Origin: Promethearchaeia archaeon
GTDB taxonomy: Archaea > Asgardarchaeota > Lokiarchaeia > Sigyniarchaeales > SOKP01
Length of the DNA stretch: 32,000 nucleotides
Direction: 5' to 3'
NCBI GenBank assembly: GCA_046497275.1
Contig: JAWOFX010000089.1
Location: 30,001 to 62,000, forward strand
Part shown: positions 17,882-26,923 of the stretch, in pieces
How the letters are laid out: each line of letters starts with the position of its first letter
Numbering within the stretch: the first letter of the stretch is position 1
Notes under the pieces: model-generated
Seen by the model: the letters and a program-made list of their open reading frames with translations, nothing else
Told to the model about the DNA's origin: nothing
The model's database searches: none
Translations under genes and position numbers: made by a program

Positions 17882-18658
17882 ATGAAGAGTCTTTTAATTG
17901 CTGGAGGTGGCAAATTCGGTAAGAAAGCCATCGATTATGCTAAAAAATTAAAATATAGAACAATTTTAATTGATAGAGATCCAAACTGCTATGCATCCAA
18001 CCAAATTCAAAAAAAATATGAGAGTTTAGATAATTTAACAAAAGATTTTAAAGAATTTAATGAGGAAAAGATCTTATTTTTGAATGAAGATATTTCTATT
18101 ATCTATGAATTAATCAAAAACTTTCATTTTGAATATATTATTCCTGTTGTACCAATACATTTAACATCTTTAATTGTGAAATTATGTTTAAATTCATTAG
18201 GTGTAAATTTAGAACCTGATAGTAAAAGGATTAATTATTATATTGATAAGATTGAACCAGAACTTCTTTTAAATTATAATAAAGATGCAGGTTTAATTTA
18301 TTTATCTTATGCTAAAATCGACGAAATTTGTCCTGATGACTGTCCAGGACCTCCTAATTACTGCCCAAATTTTAAAAGAGAAAAACCGATTACAATCACA
18401 AATTATGTAAAGAAATTTTTCGAAACTCAAAAAATGATCGAAATTTCGAAAAAGAAAAAGTTTGCTAATTTTTTGCTTGAAAGTTATCAATTGATGGCAG
18501 GGCTTGGTGGATTGAAAGGCAATGAATTAAAAGAGGTGGTAGAAAAAATTCAGAAAAATAAGAATTCTTTTATATCAAATAAATATGAAATAAGAGTCGC
18601 TACTACATGCAATTGTCATGGAATAATTAGTTTTCTGAAAAGTGAATTAATTCAATGA
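17882..18658 (+). CDS. Uncharacterised protein with N-terminal NAD-binding Rossmann motif and Cys clusters
   Basis: LLIAGGGKFG (GxGxxG) followed by ILIDRD, internal CPDDCPGPPNYCP and terminal TTCNCHG. Starts 40 nt after meaB. Confidence 0.72.
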   Translation: MKSLLIAGGGKFGKKAIDYAKKLKYRTILIDRDPNCYASNQIQKKYESLDNLTKDFKEFNEEKILFLNEDISIIYELIKNFHFEYIIPVVPIHLTSLIVKLCLNSLGVNLEPDSKRINYYIDKIEPELLLNYNKDAGLIYLSYAKIDEICPDDCPGPPNYCPNFKREKPITITNYVKKFFETQKMIEISKKKKFANFLLESYQLMAGLGGLKGNELKEVVEKIQKNKNSFISNKYEIRVATTCNCHGIISFLKSELIQ

Positions 18659-18741
18659 TATATATATTTTAAAACATGGATGTTATTATTCAAATTCCAA
18701 TTTATTATAACTCTTTAATTATATCTCTGGAAATAATAGAT

Positions 18742-19188
18742 CTATTTTCTAAATAAATTGATACGAAGATCAAATTGTTTAGCACTATTAGGACAATTTG
18801 ATTCACAACAACCCGGTATATAAGAATAAACATCAAAATTATCAATGGGAACAAGAAGATACATCAAAGAATTAACAAGAGAACAAGAGTGATTAATCTC
18901 TTCTAAAGGTCCATCACATAGCGCAGTTTTATGTTCTTTTTTATTCACATAAATACATAATCCATCCTTAGGATAAAAACCAAATAAGTATTGGAATTTT
19001 GGGATTATTGGATATTTCTCAGTTTCTACTTTTCTTTCATATGTTTTTTCAATATTATTAAAAGAAAGAGTGAATTCTAATGCTTTATAAGAATCATTTT
19101 CTTTATCTTGATCTGTGATTTTGTGAATAATAAAATCCTTAGAAACAGCTTGATCAATTAAGTTTTCTAATTTTTGATCTAACATCAT
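18742..19188 (-). CDS. Hypothetical protein (Cys-rich C-terminus)
   Basis: 148 aa ORF starting 1 nt after the stop of 19190-19462; contains CCESNC. No family recognised. Confidence 0.62.
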   Translation of the reverse strand: MMLDQKLENLIDQAVSKDFIIHKITDQDKENDSYKALEFTLSFNNIEKTYERKVETEKYPIIPKFQYLFGFYPKDGLCIYVNKKEHKTALCDGPLEEINHSCSLVNSLMYLLVPIDNFDVYSYIPGCCESNCPNSAKQFDLRINLFRK

Positions 19189-19189
19189 T

Positions 19190-19462
19190 TTAAATCTTTA
19201 ATATCTTATCTTCTTTTGGGTCTATCCATTCAGAATAAATCTCAAGAATTAAGGAATTGCTTTTTTTTTCGCATTTGGGACATTTCTCATCAGTTAGTTT
19301 TTTAAATGTATAATCTCCCTTTTGAAATGGTCGAGTATATTTTTCCTTACATTCTCCACATTGGATTACGGAATATACTTTTTGGATAAATCTGTCTTTT
19401 CTATCAAGAATGTCCCCAATCGCTGGAATCGGAGGTAAGTCAGGTTCTTCACTCATTATCAA
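19190..19462 (-). CDS. Small zinc-ribbon protein
   Basis: CGEC...RPFQKGDY...CPKC: two CxxC pairs, resembling small archaeal Zn-ribbon proteins. Confidence 0.75.
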   Translation of the reverse strand: MIMSEEPDLPPIPAIGDILDRKDRFIQKVYSVIQCGECKEKYTRPFQKGDYTFKKLTDEKCPKCEKKSNSLILEIYSEWIDPKEDKILKI

Positions 19463-20033
19463 ATCGACTCTATTTTTATTATTTTAATCGTATTATAATT
19501 TATTACTTTTTTGATATATAAATAAACCTAATCTAATATTTTTATTGGTTATGTATAAAATTTATAAAAAGAAATTGAGTGAATTTTAGAATTTAAATAA
19601 TGAATCGAAAATTAAAAATCTATCAACTAAGGACGACAAAACTTTCATCTATATCACGCCGAAATTTGTCGGAAAAAAAGAATATTCAAAAATGATCAAG
19701 AACAGCAATCTTCTCATCGAAAATGGACAAATAGACGATTTTTATACAAAAAACATTGTTCCATCTCTTCCGACATTTAAAGAATTGGTATAGCCCGAAT
19801 TATTGTCGGCTTAAATTTAGAGATTTTTAAATTTCAATTAAATAGAAAAAACCAAAAATACACTCAATTACTGATTTCTTTTTTTAGCATTTAATTCTCT
19901 TTTTCTTCTGAATTAAGATTTATATTAGATTTTATTTTAATAATAAGAGCAAGATATAATCTTATTTAACTGATAAATTATATTAAATTAAAATGATCTA
20001 CAAAAAAATAAAAAATATTTTTAAAAAATTTAG

Positions 20034-21212
20034 ATGAATTCCAAAGAACTTGTAAAAGCAGCATTATACTTTGAGTCTCCAGAAAGAGTCCCATTTTTCA
20101 AAGATGTGAGAGGAGATGTGTGTTTTTTGATTCTTCAACCATCACAAAGTTGGAGACCGGGTTGGAAAGAAGGAGAAGAGGGTCTATTTCCACATGTAAG
20201 GACTAATTATAAATGGGAGAAGCCAGATTGGGCAATAAACAGTTCGATAACTGAAAATGAGAAATGGAGTGAAATCCCTCATGAGGAAATCGATGAATGG
20301 GGTTGTATTTGGAATATGAGAGGTAAAGATGACAATATGGGACATCCCGGACGACCTATTCTTGAGAATTGGAGAGAATATGATAATTATATTGAAAAAT
20401 ATTATCCTGACCCTTGGGATGAGACAAGATATGAATTTGCTCTTAAATTAAAAGAATCATTTGGGAAAGATAAATATCTTATGGGGCTTATTGCTGATTT
20501 TGGTCCATTTCAAAGATCAACGAACATACGAGGATTCTCAAACTTTCTAATAGATCATAAAAAAAACCCAGAAATGGTTAAAAAGCTCTTAAATTATGTA
20601 AATGATTGGCATATTGAAACCATGAAAGCATGTTTTAAATATGGATTAGATCCTGATGGATTCGAGATAATCGATGATTTAGGAGAACAATCTGATCCAT
20701 TTTTTAGTCCGAAAACGTTCAAAGAATTTTATGCTCCTATTTATAAAAAATTATGTGATGAGGCTCATAGTCTAGGAACCGAAGTTCATTTACATTGCTG
20801 TGGAAAAGTCGATAAAATTTTACCTATTTTAATAGATTGTGGACTGGATGCTATAGAGTTTGATAGTCCAAGAATGACTGGGTATAAAGATCTTAAACCT
20901 TTTAGAGGAAAGATAATGATATGGGGGTGTGTAAATATTCAATCGATTTATACGAAAGGAACACCAGATTTAGTAGAACGAGAGGTCTGGCATATGGTGC
21001 GTAATTTAGGAACAAAAGAGGGAGGATATGGAGCATATTTTTATCCTACTCCAACAGACTTAAAAGTACCTCCTAAAAATATAAAAGCTTTTCAACGAGG
21101 GTTGAAAAAATATGGGAATTATACTGAAATTCCAGAACATTGGTGGGAATACCCTGTCTCTGAAGAATGGGGCTTTCTTGAGGTTCCTCCACTTCCACCT
21201 CTTAAAAAATAA
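20034..21212 (+). CDS. Uroporphyrinogen decarboxylase/MtaA-CmuA superfamily protein
   Basis: IDEWGCIW, RGFSNFLID, IIDDLG, FFSPKTFKEFYAP, HLHCCG and WGCVNIQ motifs typical of URO-D-like barrels. Confidence 0.85.
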   Translation: MNSKELVKAALYFESPERVPFFKDVRGDVCFLILQPSQSWRPGWKEGEEGLFPHVRTNYKWEKPDWAINSSITENEKWSEIPHEEIDEWGCIWNMRGKDDNMGHPGRPILENWREYDNYIEKYYPDPWDETRYEFALKLKESFGKDKYLMGLIADFGPFQRSTNIRGFSNFLIDHKKNPEMVKKLLNYVNDWHIETMKACFKYGLDPDGFEIIDDLGEQSDPFFSPKTFKEFYAPIYKKLCDEAHSLGTEVHLHCCGKVDKILPILIDCGLDAIEFDSPRMTGYKDLKPFRGKIMIWGCVNIQSIYTKGTPDLVEREVWHMVRNLGTKEGGYGAYFYPTPTDLKVPPKNIKAFQRGLKKYGNYTEIPEHWWEYPVSEEWGFLEVPPLPPLKK

Positions 21213-21370
21213 GAAATCACTTTTAATTATTGATATTAAGTACAAATATCCACCTATTTTACAATAATCTCATTTTATATGATATTCCTTCTCAATTTTA
21301 TTATTAAAAATAGAAAATAAATGAAATTTTTTTGGGATTAATCTGAATTTTTTAATACTCCTTCCCAATT

Positions 21371-22150
21371 TTATTCCTGATTCTTTTCTTCCTGTTCTTG
21401 ATTTATCTTTGATTTATCTGATTTTTCTTTCTGTTCAGCTTCTTCTTTATCCTCTAATTTTTCTTCCTTTGGCTCAGGAGGTTTAGGCTTACGAGAAATG
21501 ATAACTTTAGCATATCTTAAAACTTCTTTTTCATACATCCAACCCTCTTGTACCACATCTATAATTGTATTACTTGGAATATCTTGGCGTTCAATAGTAC
21601 TTAGGGCTTCATGTTTATTATAATCAAAAATTTCTAATTCTTTTGTATTCATTGGATGAGCTCCCATTGATTTCATGATATTTAAAAATTGTTTATAAAA
21701 TTGTTCAATGTGCCCATTTTTTTCTTCATTTTTCACAGCACTTTTAAAAGAGTCATATAATGAAAGAAAATTTTTTAAGGTGTTTGCTGTATATTGATTT
21801 CGAAGATTTCGCCGTGTTTTTTCCCAACGCTTCTGAGTATTTTCGAATTCCGCTTGTAACCTTGCGAATTTATCCTCCCAATTATTATTTAGATTCTTTA
21901 AATCTTTAATTTCATCCTTTTTTTCATTCAGATTTTCCTCTAAATTGTGAATTTTTTCAATTAATTCTTCCTTGGATAATTCTTTGAACTTCTCTTCTTC
22001 TAAAATTTCTTTTTCCTCTTTTTTAGAAACGCTATTATTTTTTTGATTTGATTGGGAGGAATCCTCATTTTTAGGTTTTTTTGATTCTTTGTTGTTCTCC
22101 TCTGTATTATTTTCTTTCTTATTATTATCATCATTCATTTTTTTTCCCAA
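21371..22150 (-). CDS. grpE: Nucleotide exchange factor GrpE
   Basis: Coiled-coil RLQAEFENTQKR, FDYNKHEAL and VVQEGWMYEKEVLRYAKVII motifs. TTG at 22150 or ATG at 22138 as start. Confidence 0.92.
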   Translation of the reverse strand: MGKKMNDDNNKKENNTEENNKESKKPKNEDSSQSNQKNNSVSKKEEKEILEEEKFKELSKEELIEKIHNLEENLNEKKDEIKDLKNLNNNWEDKFARLQAEFENTQKRWEKTRRNLRNQYTANTLKNFLSLYDSFKSAVKNEEKNGHIEQFYKQFLNIMKSMGAHPMNTKELEIFDYNKHEALSTIERQDIPSNTIIDVVQEGWMYEKEVLRYAKVIISRKPKPPEPKEEKLEDKEEAEQKEKSDKSKINQEQEEKNQE

Positions 22151-22450
22151 AATATTGATTAAATGATTATTTAGTGACGCTAAATCTTAATTTTTTAAAT
22201 TAATAAAATCCTTAAAATTTTACCTAGATTAGAAGATCATTTATATTTTAATATGGTAAATTCAAAAATATTGAATTTTTAAAGTTCAATACCTAAAAAT
22301 ATGATATTTTTTATGTTTATTTTTAATAACTGAAATAGGAAAACTTAATACTAAAATTATCTATTTCTTCAATTTCTTTTATATAAAATAGAAGAAACTA
22401 ATATTAGCCCGGTTTTATAAGAGTATTTTAAGAAATAATGGTGATATTAA

Positions 22451-22954
22451 ATGGGTTTATTAACAAAAGAAGAAATAAATCAATTACCTTCACAATTTGA
22501 CACAGTTCCATATAATACTTTTTTTAAGTTATGGTACGCTCTACAAAAAGCGCTCCCTGAGGATCAAAAAGATAAAATATTAACTCGAATTGGAAGAACA
22601 ATAGGAAAAGAATTTGATGATAAGGGTCTAGAAACAATAAATGGACTTTTAGACCGTTTAAAAGAATTTCTGGAAAAGGAGTGGGCAATTACTGATAATG
22701 CAAGAATTCGCATTGAAAGAGATGAAGAAGGAAATCTAATAAAAATTAAAGCAGAACAAGATAGTTGTAAAATGTGTTTTGCTAACACATATTATAAATT
22801 TCATGATTATGGAAGTCCTTCTTGTATATTTCCCCAAGTAATGATGGGAATTTTATTAAAAGTAAGGAGTAAATTTGGATTTAAAAATTTAAGATTTGAG
22901 GGAGTGCAAAAAGGTGGAGTGGGTCAATGCGCTATGGTATGGAATGTAGCTTAA
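22451..22954 (+). CDS. Hypothetical protein, possible V4R-like small-molecule/metal-binding fold
   Basis: 167 aa: helix with RIGRTIGKEF, then CKMC, SCIFP and GQCAMVW, a Cys arrangement reminiscent of V4R-like domains. Fold call is tentative. Confidence 0.5.
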   Translation: MGLLTKEEINQLPSQFDTVPYNTFFKLWYALQKALPEDQKDKILTRIGRTIGKEFDDKGLETINGLLDRLKEFLEKEWAITDNARIRIERDEEGNLIKIKAEQDSCKMCFANTYYKFHDYGSPSCIFPQVMMGILLKVRSKFGFKNLRFEGVQKGGVGQCAMVWNVA

Positions 22955-23110
22955 TAATTAATATAAAATACCTTTTTCTTTTATATGTCTCGACATTTAA
23001 ATTCTAACTTTTTAGTTAATATTATTCCCGTAAAGTAGAACAATTATTAAATGAAATTTTCAATTGATAAGAAAATAAATATATATGATTATGATTATTA
23101 AGGTTAGAGA

Positions 23111-23398
23111 ATGAAATTAAATCACAATATTCCCAATGATGAGATTAGTGTATCTGCATTTTATGTGTGGAATGAAAACCATCCCTATGAAGCACTCTGC
23201 TGGTACTTAGCCGAGAGACAGTTATACGTGGAAAACAACTTCAAAATACCAAGAAAAGAACACATCCAAGGGAGATCTTACTATATTTACGATAATCACC
23301 CTCCATATGATGTTTTGTGTTGGTTAATCGGAGAATTAAATTTATTCATAAAAAGAAATACTTCTAATCGTACTTTTGATACACTTTTCTCTGAATAA
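23111..23398 (+). CDS. Small protein with two tandem DUF2934-like repeats
   Basis: ISVSAFYVWNENHPYEALCWYLAERQL and IQGRSYYIYDNHPPYDVLCWLIGELNL; the pattern resembles the AY.IWE...W..AE.L signature. Confidence 0.6.
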   Translation: MKLNHNIPNDEISVSAFYVWNENHPYEALCWYLAERQLYVENNFKIPRKEHIQGRSYYIYDNHPPYDVLCWLIGELNLFIKRNTSNRTFDTLFSE

Positions 23399-23575
23399 AA
23401 TTCGATGTATTAATTTTGATAATAATTTTTATTTAAATTTAGATTAAAAGTTATTTTGATTCAAAATTACTTAGTTATTTCTATTATAATCAACAAATAA
23501 TTGAATATGCGTATTTTTTTTATAATTTAGAAAAATGGAATAACATAAAAGAAATAAATTATTGGAGAATATTAA

Positions 23576-24460
23576 ATGGAGATAGAAATATTAAATCTAT
23601 ATAGTAATATCGCGAAACCGGGAAGTAATTTAATTGGAAAACATGGTCAAAGTTTTTTATTAACTATTGAAGATGAAAAAATTTTATTTGATACAGGAGG
23701 ATCAGGGACTGTTTTATTGAAAAATATGGAAAATCTTAATATTGATCCAAATGATATCTCAAAACTTGTAATTTCACACGGGCATGATGATCATACTAAA
23801 GGCCTTCCTGATTTCTTAGATGCTAGAACTTCAAATGAACCATTAATAATCTATGCTCATCCTAATGTAAGAGAACCTAAACTCGTAAAAGCGTTATTCT
23901 TTAAATTTAATATTGGATTTCCGAAGTTGACTAAAGAACAAGAGCGAAAAATAAATTTTAGATTCAATAAAGAGCCTATTAATATAAATCAAATAATCTT
24001 TACAACTGGAGAGATAAAGAATCGAAAATATCGAGATGGGGTCGAACCAAGAGCGTTACATAAGGAAGAAGGTGAATACAAAGTTGACCCCGTATATGAT
24101 GATATCAGTTTAATATTAAAAACAACTGAGGGGGTAGTCATTATCGCGGGTTGTGCACATGCAGGTATTTTAAATATATGCGCTCAGACTAAATGGATTT
24201 TTAATAAGCCTATAAAGGCAATCATAGGGGGTACTCATATGGTGCGATATTCAAGAGAAGAAGTTATAGAAACTGGAAAAATATTAATTAATGAATTTGA
24301 TAATCCTGATTTATATCTAAATCACTGCACAGATCAACTTCCTTATAAATTTTTAAAAAGGACAAAAGCCATAGATATTTTGCAAAAAGACTTTAGTGAG
24401 AATAAAATAAACCCCTGCTATGTGGGGACAAAATTAATATATAACGTAAATGAAAATTAA
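23576..24460 (+). CDS. MBL-fold metallo-hydrolase (COG1237/MJ0301-like)
   Basis: HGQSFL, LFDTG, SHGHDDH (HxHxDH), GCAHAG, GGTH and NHCT motifs. Confidence 0.88.
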   Translation: MEIEILNLYSNIAKPGSNLIGKHGQSFLLTIEDEKILFDTGGSGTVLLKNMENLNIDPNDISKLVISHGHDDHTKGLPDFLDARTSNEPLIIYAHPNVREPKLVKALFFKFNIGFPKLTKEQERKINFRFNKEPININQIIFTTGEIKNRKYRDGVEPRALHKEEGEYKVDPVYDDISLILKTTEGVVIIAGCAHAGILNICAQTKWIFNKPIKAIIGGTHMVRYSREEVIETGKILINEFDNPDLYLNHCTDQLPYKFLKRTKAIDILQKDFSENKINPCYVGTKLIYNVNEN

Positions 24461-24822
24461 ATTTTATTTTTGGTTATTTTTGTTGATTCTACTCCACTTT
24501 TTTAATTAAAAAGGTGTTAATATTATTGAACATCAAAACTTTATGCATTTAAACGATTTCCTAAGACTTTCTACAATTAAAAACGGAATATTGTATATAA
24601 ATACTAAAAAAAAAATTTACAAAAAATAACAACCTTTAATATTTATTTTATTAAAATTTCATTAGAAGATACAAAATAAAACTATGATATAGAGATCATT
24701 TATTAAGTAAAATTTTTAATTCTTCGATCTTTATACTTTATAGAAGCAAATTAAATAATTCAAGTATCTATTTTAAAAATATCATAATAATTTCATAATA
24801 CGTAGAAAAAGTGTAATTAAAA

Positions 24823-26808
24823 ATGAGTGAAGGAGAAAAGAAGAAAAGAACAAAGAAAGAAAGAATAGTAGGAATAGATTTAGGAACGAGTAATAGCGCA
24901 TGTGCAGTACTAAATGCTGTTGGAAAACCTGAGATCGTTCCAGCTGCAGAAGGAAGAACGTTAGGAGGAAAAGCATTTCCATCCTATGTCGCATTTGATG
25001 AAAATGGTCGTAAAATTGTTGGGGAGCCAGCCCGAAGACAAGCGCTTTCAAATCCAGATGGTACCGTTACGGGGATAAAGAGAAAAATGGGTACTTCCTA
25101 CAAGGCGAAAGTACAAGTGGGGGGAGAAGAAAAAGAATTTACACCAGAAGAAATTTCAGCGATGATATTGAGAAAAATAAAAAATGATGCATCCGATTAT
25201 TTAGGCGAGGAGGTCAAAAAAGCAGTAATCACCGTACCAGCCTACTTTAATGACGCTCAAAGAACATCAACAAAAAATGCGGGAGAAATAGCAGGCCTTG
25301 AAGTGGTTCGAATGATAAACGAACCCACCGCAGCTTGTTTAGCTTATGGACTAGATAGAGTATCAGAAGAATTACTTAAAATCTGTGTTCTTGACCTTGG
25401 TGGAGGTACATTTGATGTCACCATCATGGAATACGGAGAAGGAGTAGTTGAAGTGTTATCTACAGCTGGTGACACTCAATTAGGTGGAAGAGATATGGAT
25501 GATAAGATCACCGATTGGATTGCTGAAGAGTTTAAAAACAAAAATGGCATTGATCTTACTAATGATAAAAAGGCAATGATAAGAGTTAAAGATGCTGCTG
25601 AGAAAGCAAAAATAGAATTATCTACTACATTATCTACTGATATTAATCTCCCCTATATTAGTCAAAAAGATGGTAATCCAGTTCATTTAGAAATGGAATT
25701 GACAAGGGCTAAATTAGAACAATTAGTTGAACCCGTTCTCAAACGTTTAGATCCCATTATGAGACGTTCTGTGGGAGATAGTAAACTATCTAGAGATGAA
25801 GTTGACAAAATACTCCTTGTTGGTGGTCCTACTCGAATGCCTTGCGTTCAAGAAAGATTCAAAAAATTCTTCAATAAAGAACCAGAACATTCAGTTGATC
25901 CTATGGAATGTGTTGCAATTGGTGCGGCAATCCAAGCAGGAGTAATTGCGGGAGATGTTGAAGATTTATTACTACTAGATGTTACTCCTCTCTCTTTAGG
26001 AGTTGAGACTTTAGGTGGAGTATTTACAAAATTAATTGAAAGAAATACAACAATTCCTACTGAGAAGAAACAGATTTTTAGCACTGCTGCAGATAATCAG
26101 CCCGCGGTAACGGTTAACGTACTTCAAGGAGAAAGGGCTATGGCGAAAGATAACATTTCTTTAGGTGAATTTCATCTCACGGGAATTCCACCTGCCCCTA
26201 GAGGTGTTCCCCAAATTGAAGTTAAGTTTTCAATTGATGCAGATGGAATAGTCCACGTTACAGCTAAAGACTTAGGTACAGGAAAAGAAACTGGAATTAC
26301 AGTTTCAGGAGCGAAAGGTTTATCTGAGGATGAAATTCAACAGAAAATAAGAGAAGCTGAAAAATATGAAGATGAAGACCAGAAAAAGAAGGAATTAATT
26401 GAAGCAAGAAACAATGCAGAATCAATGATTTATCAGGTTAGAAAATTAATGGAAGATAACAAGGATAAAATTCAAGATGATGAGAAACAACAAATTGAAA
26501 ACGCTATTAAATCTTTAGAAGAAGATATAAAAATTGAAGATGTTCAGCGAATAAAACAAGGAATTGAAAATTTGCAAAAAGCTATGCATGGATTTTCACA
26601 AAGAGTATATTCTCAACAAGGTCAACAACAAGCATATCAACAAGCTGCTGAGCAAGCACAGAGGGCAGCACAAGAAAGTCCCCCTCCTGGAGGTATGGGC
26701 GGTCAGACTGGTGGAGGAACAACTGGTGCTGGAGGGGCTTCCTATAAGAGTAGTGAAGACGAGGAGAAAAAGAACGTAGTAGATGTAGACTGGGATGAGG
26801 AAGACTAA
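24823..26808 (+). CDS. dnaK: Molecular chaperone DnaK (Hsp70)
   Basis: [40 protein letters not shown] and NTTIPT motifs. Lacks the roughly 23-aa N-terminal insert, as in archaeal and monoderm DnaK. Confidence 0.98.
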   Translation: MSEGEKKKRTKKERIVGIDLGTSNSACAVLNAVGKPEIVPAAEGRTLGGKAFPSYVAFDENGRKIVGEPARRQALSNPDGTVTGIKRKMGTSYKAKVQVGGEEKEFTPEEISAMILRKIKNDASDYLGEEVKKAVITVPAYFNDAQRTSTKNAGEIAGLEVVRMINEPTAACLAYGLDRVSEELLKICVLDLGGGTFDVTIMEYGEGVVEVLSTAGDTQLGGRDMDDKITDWIAEEFKNKNGIDLTNDKKAMIRVKDAAEKAKIELSTTLSTDINLPYISQKDGNPVHLEMELTRAKLEQLVEPVLKRLDPIMRRSVGDSKLSRDEVDKILLVGGPTRMPCVQERFKKFFNKEPEHSVDPMECVAIGAAIQAGVIAGDVEDLLLLDVTPLSLGVETLGGVFTKLIERNTTIPTEKKQIFSTAADNQPAVTVNVLQGERAMAKDNISLGEFHLTGIPPAPRGVPQIEVKFSIDADGIVHVTAKDLGTGKETGITVSGAKGLSEDEIQQKIREAEKYEDEDQKKKELIEARNNAESMIYQVRKLMEDNKDKIQDDEKQQIENAIKSLEEDIKIEDVQRIKQGIENLQKAMHGFSQRVYSQQGQQQAYQQAAEQAQRAAQESPPPGGMGGQTGGGTTGAGGASYKSSEDEEKKNVVDVDWDEED

Positions 26809-26923
26809 ATTTAATATCAAAACATAAATATTTTTATATTTTTTAGAGCAAATAACTCAGAACTCTTTCTTTTTTTATTTATTTTATAATAATTAAGTAT
26901 ACTCTCTATTTACATTAGAAAGA

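Noticed and set aside
21960-22150. Low-complexity N/K/E-rich N-terminus of GrpE
   Set aside because: Disordered charged N-termini are typical of GrpE.
23576-24460. Calling the MBL protein a methanopterin biosynthesis enzyme
   Set aside because: The COG1237 family is widespread and no pterin pathway genes are nearby; only the fold is supported.
746-26820. Short overlapping ORFs in the track (746-994, 2963-3202, 3630-3845, 4898-5098, 8766-8969, 9538-9738, 11041-11235, 11232-11462, 11656-11907, 12822-13004, 14315-14615, 14894-15312, 15938-16162, 18302-18490, 21060-21245, 22564-22788, 24782-25051, 25848-26084, 26564-26820) and the later 27261-27500 and 28628-28828
   Set aside because: All overlap longer, motif-supported genes in another frame or on the opposite strand and show no recognisable motifs; treated as shadow ORFs.
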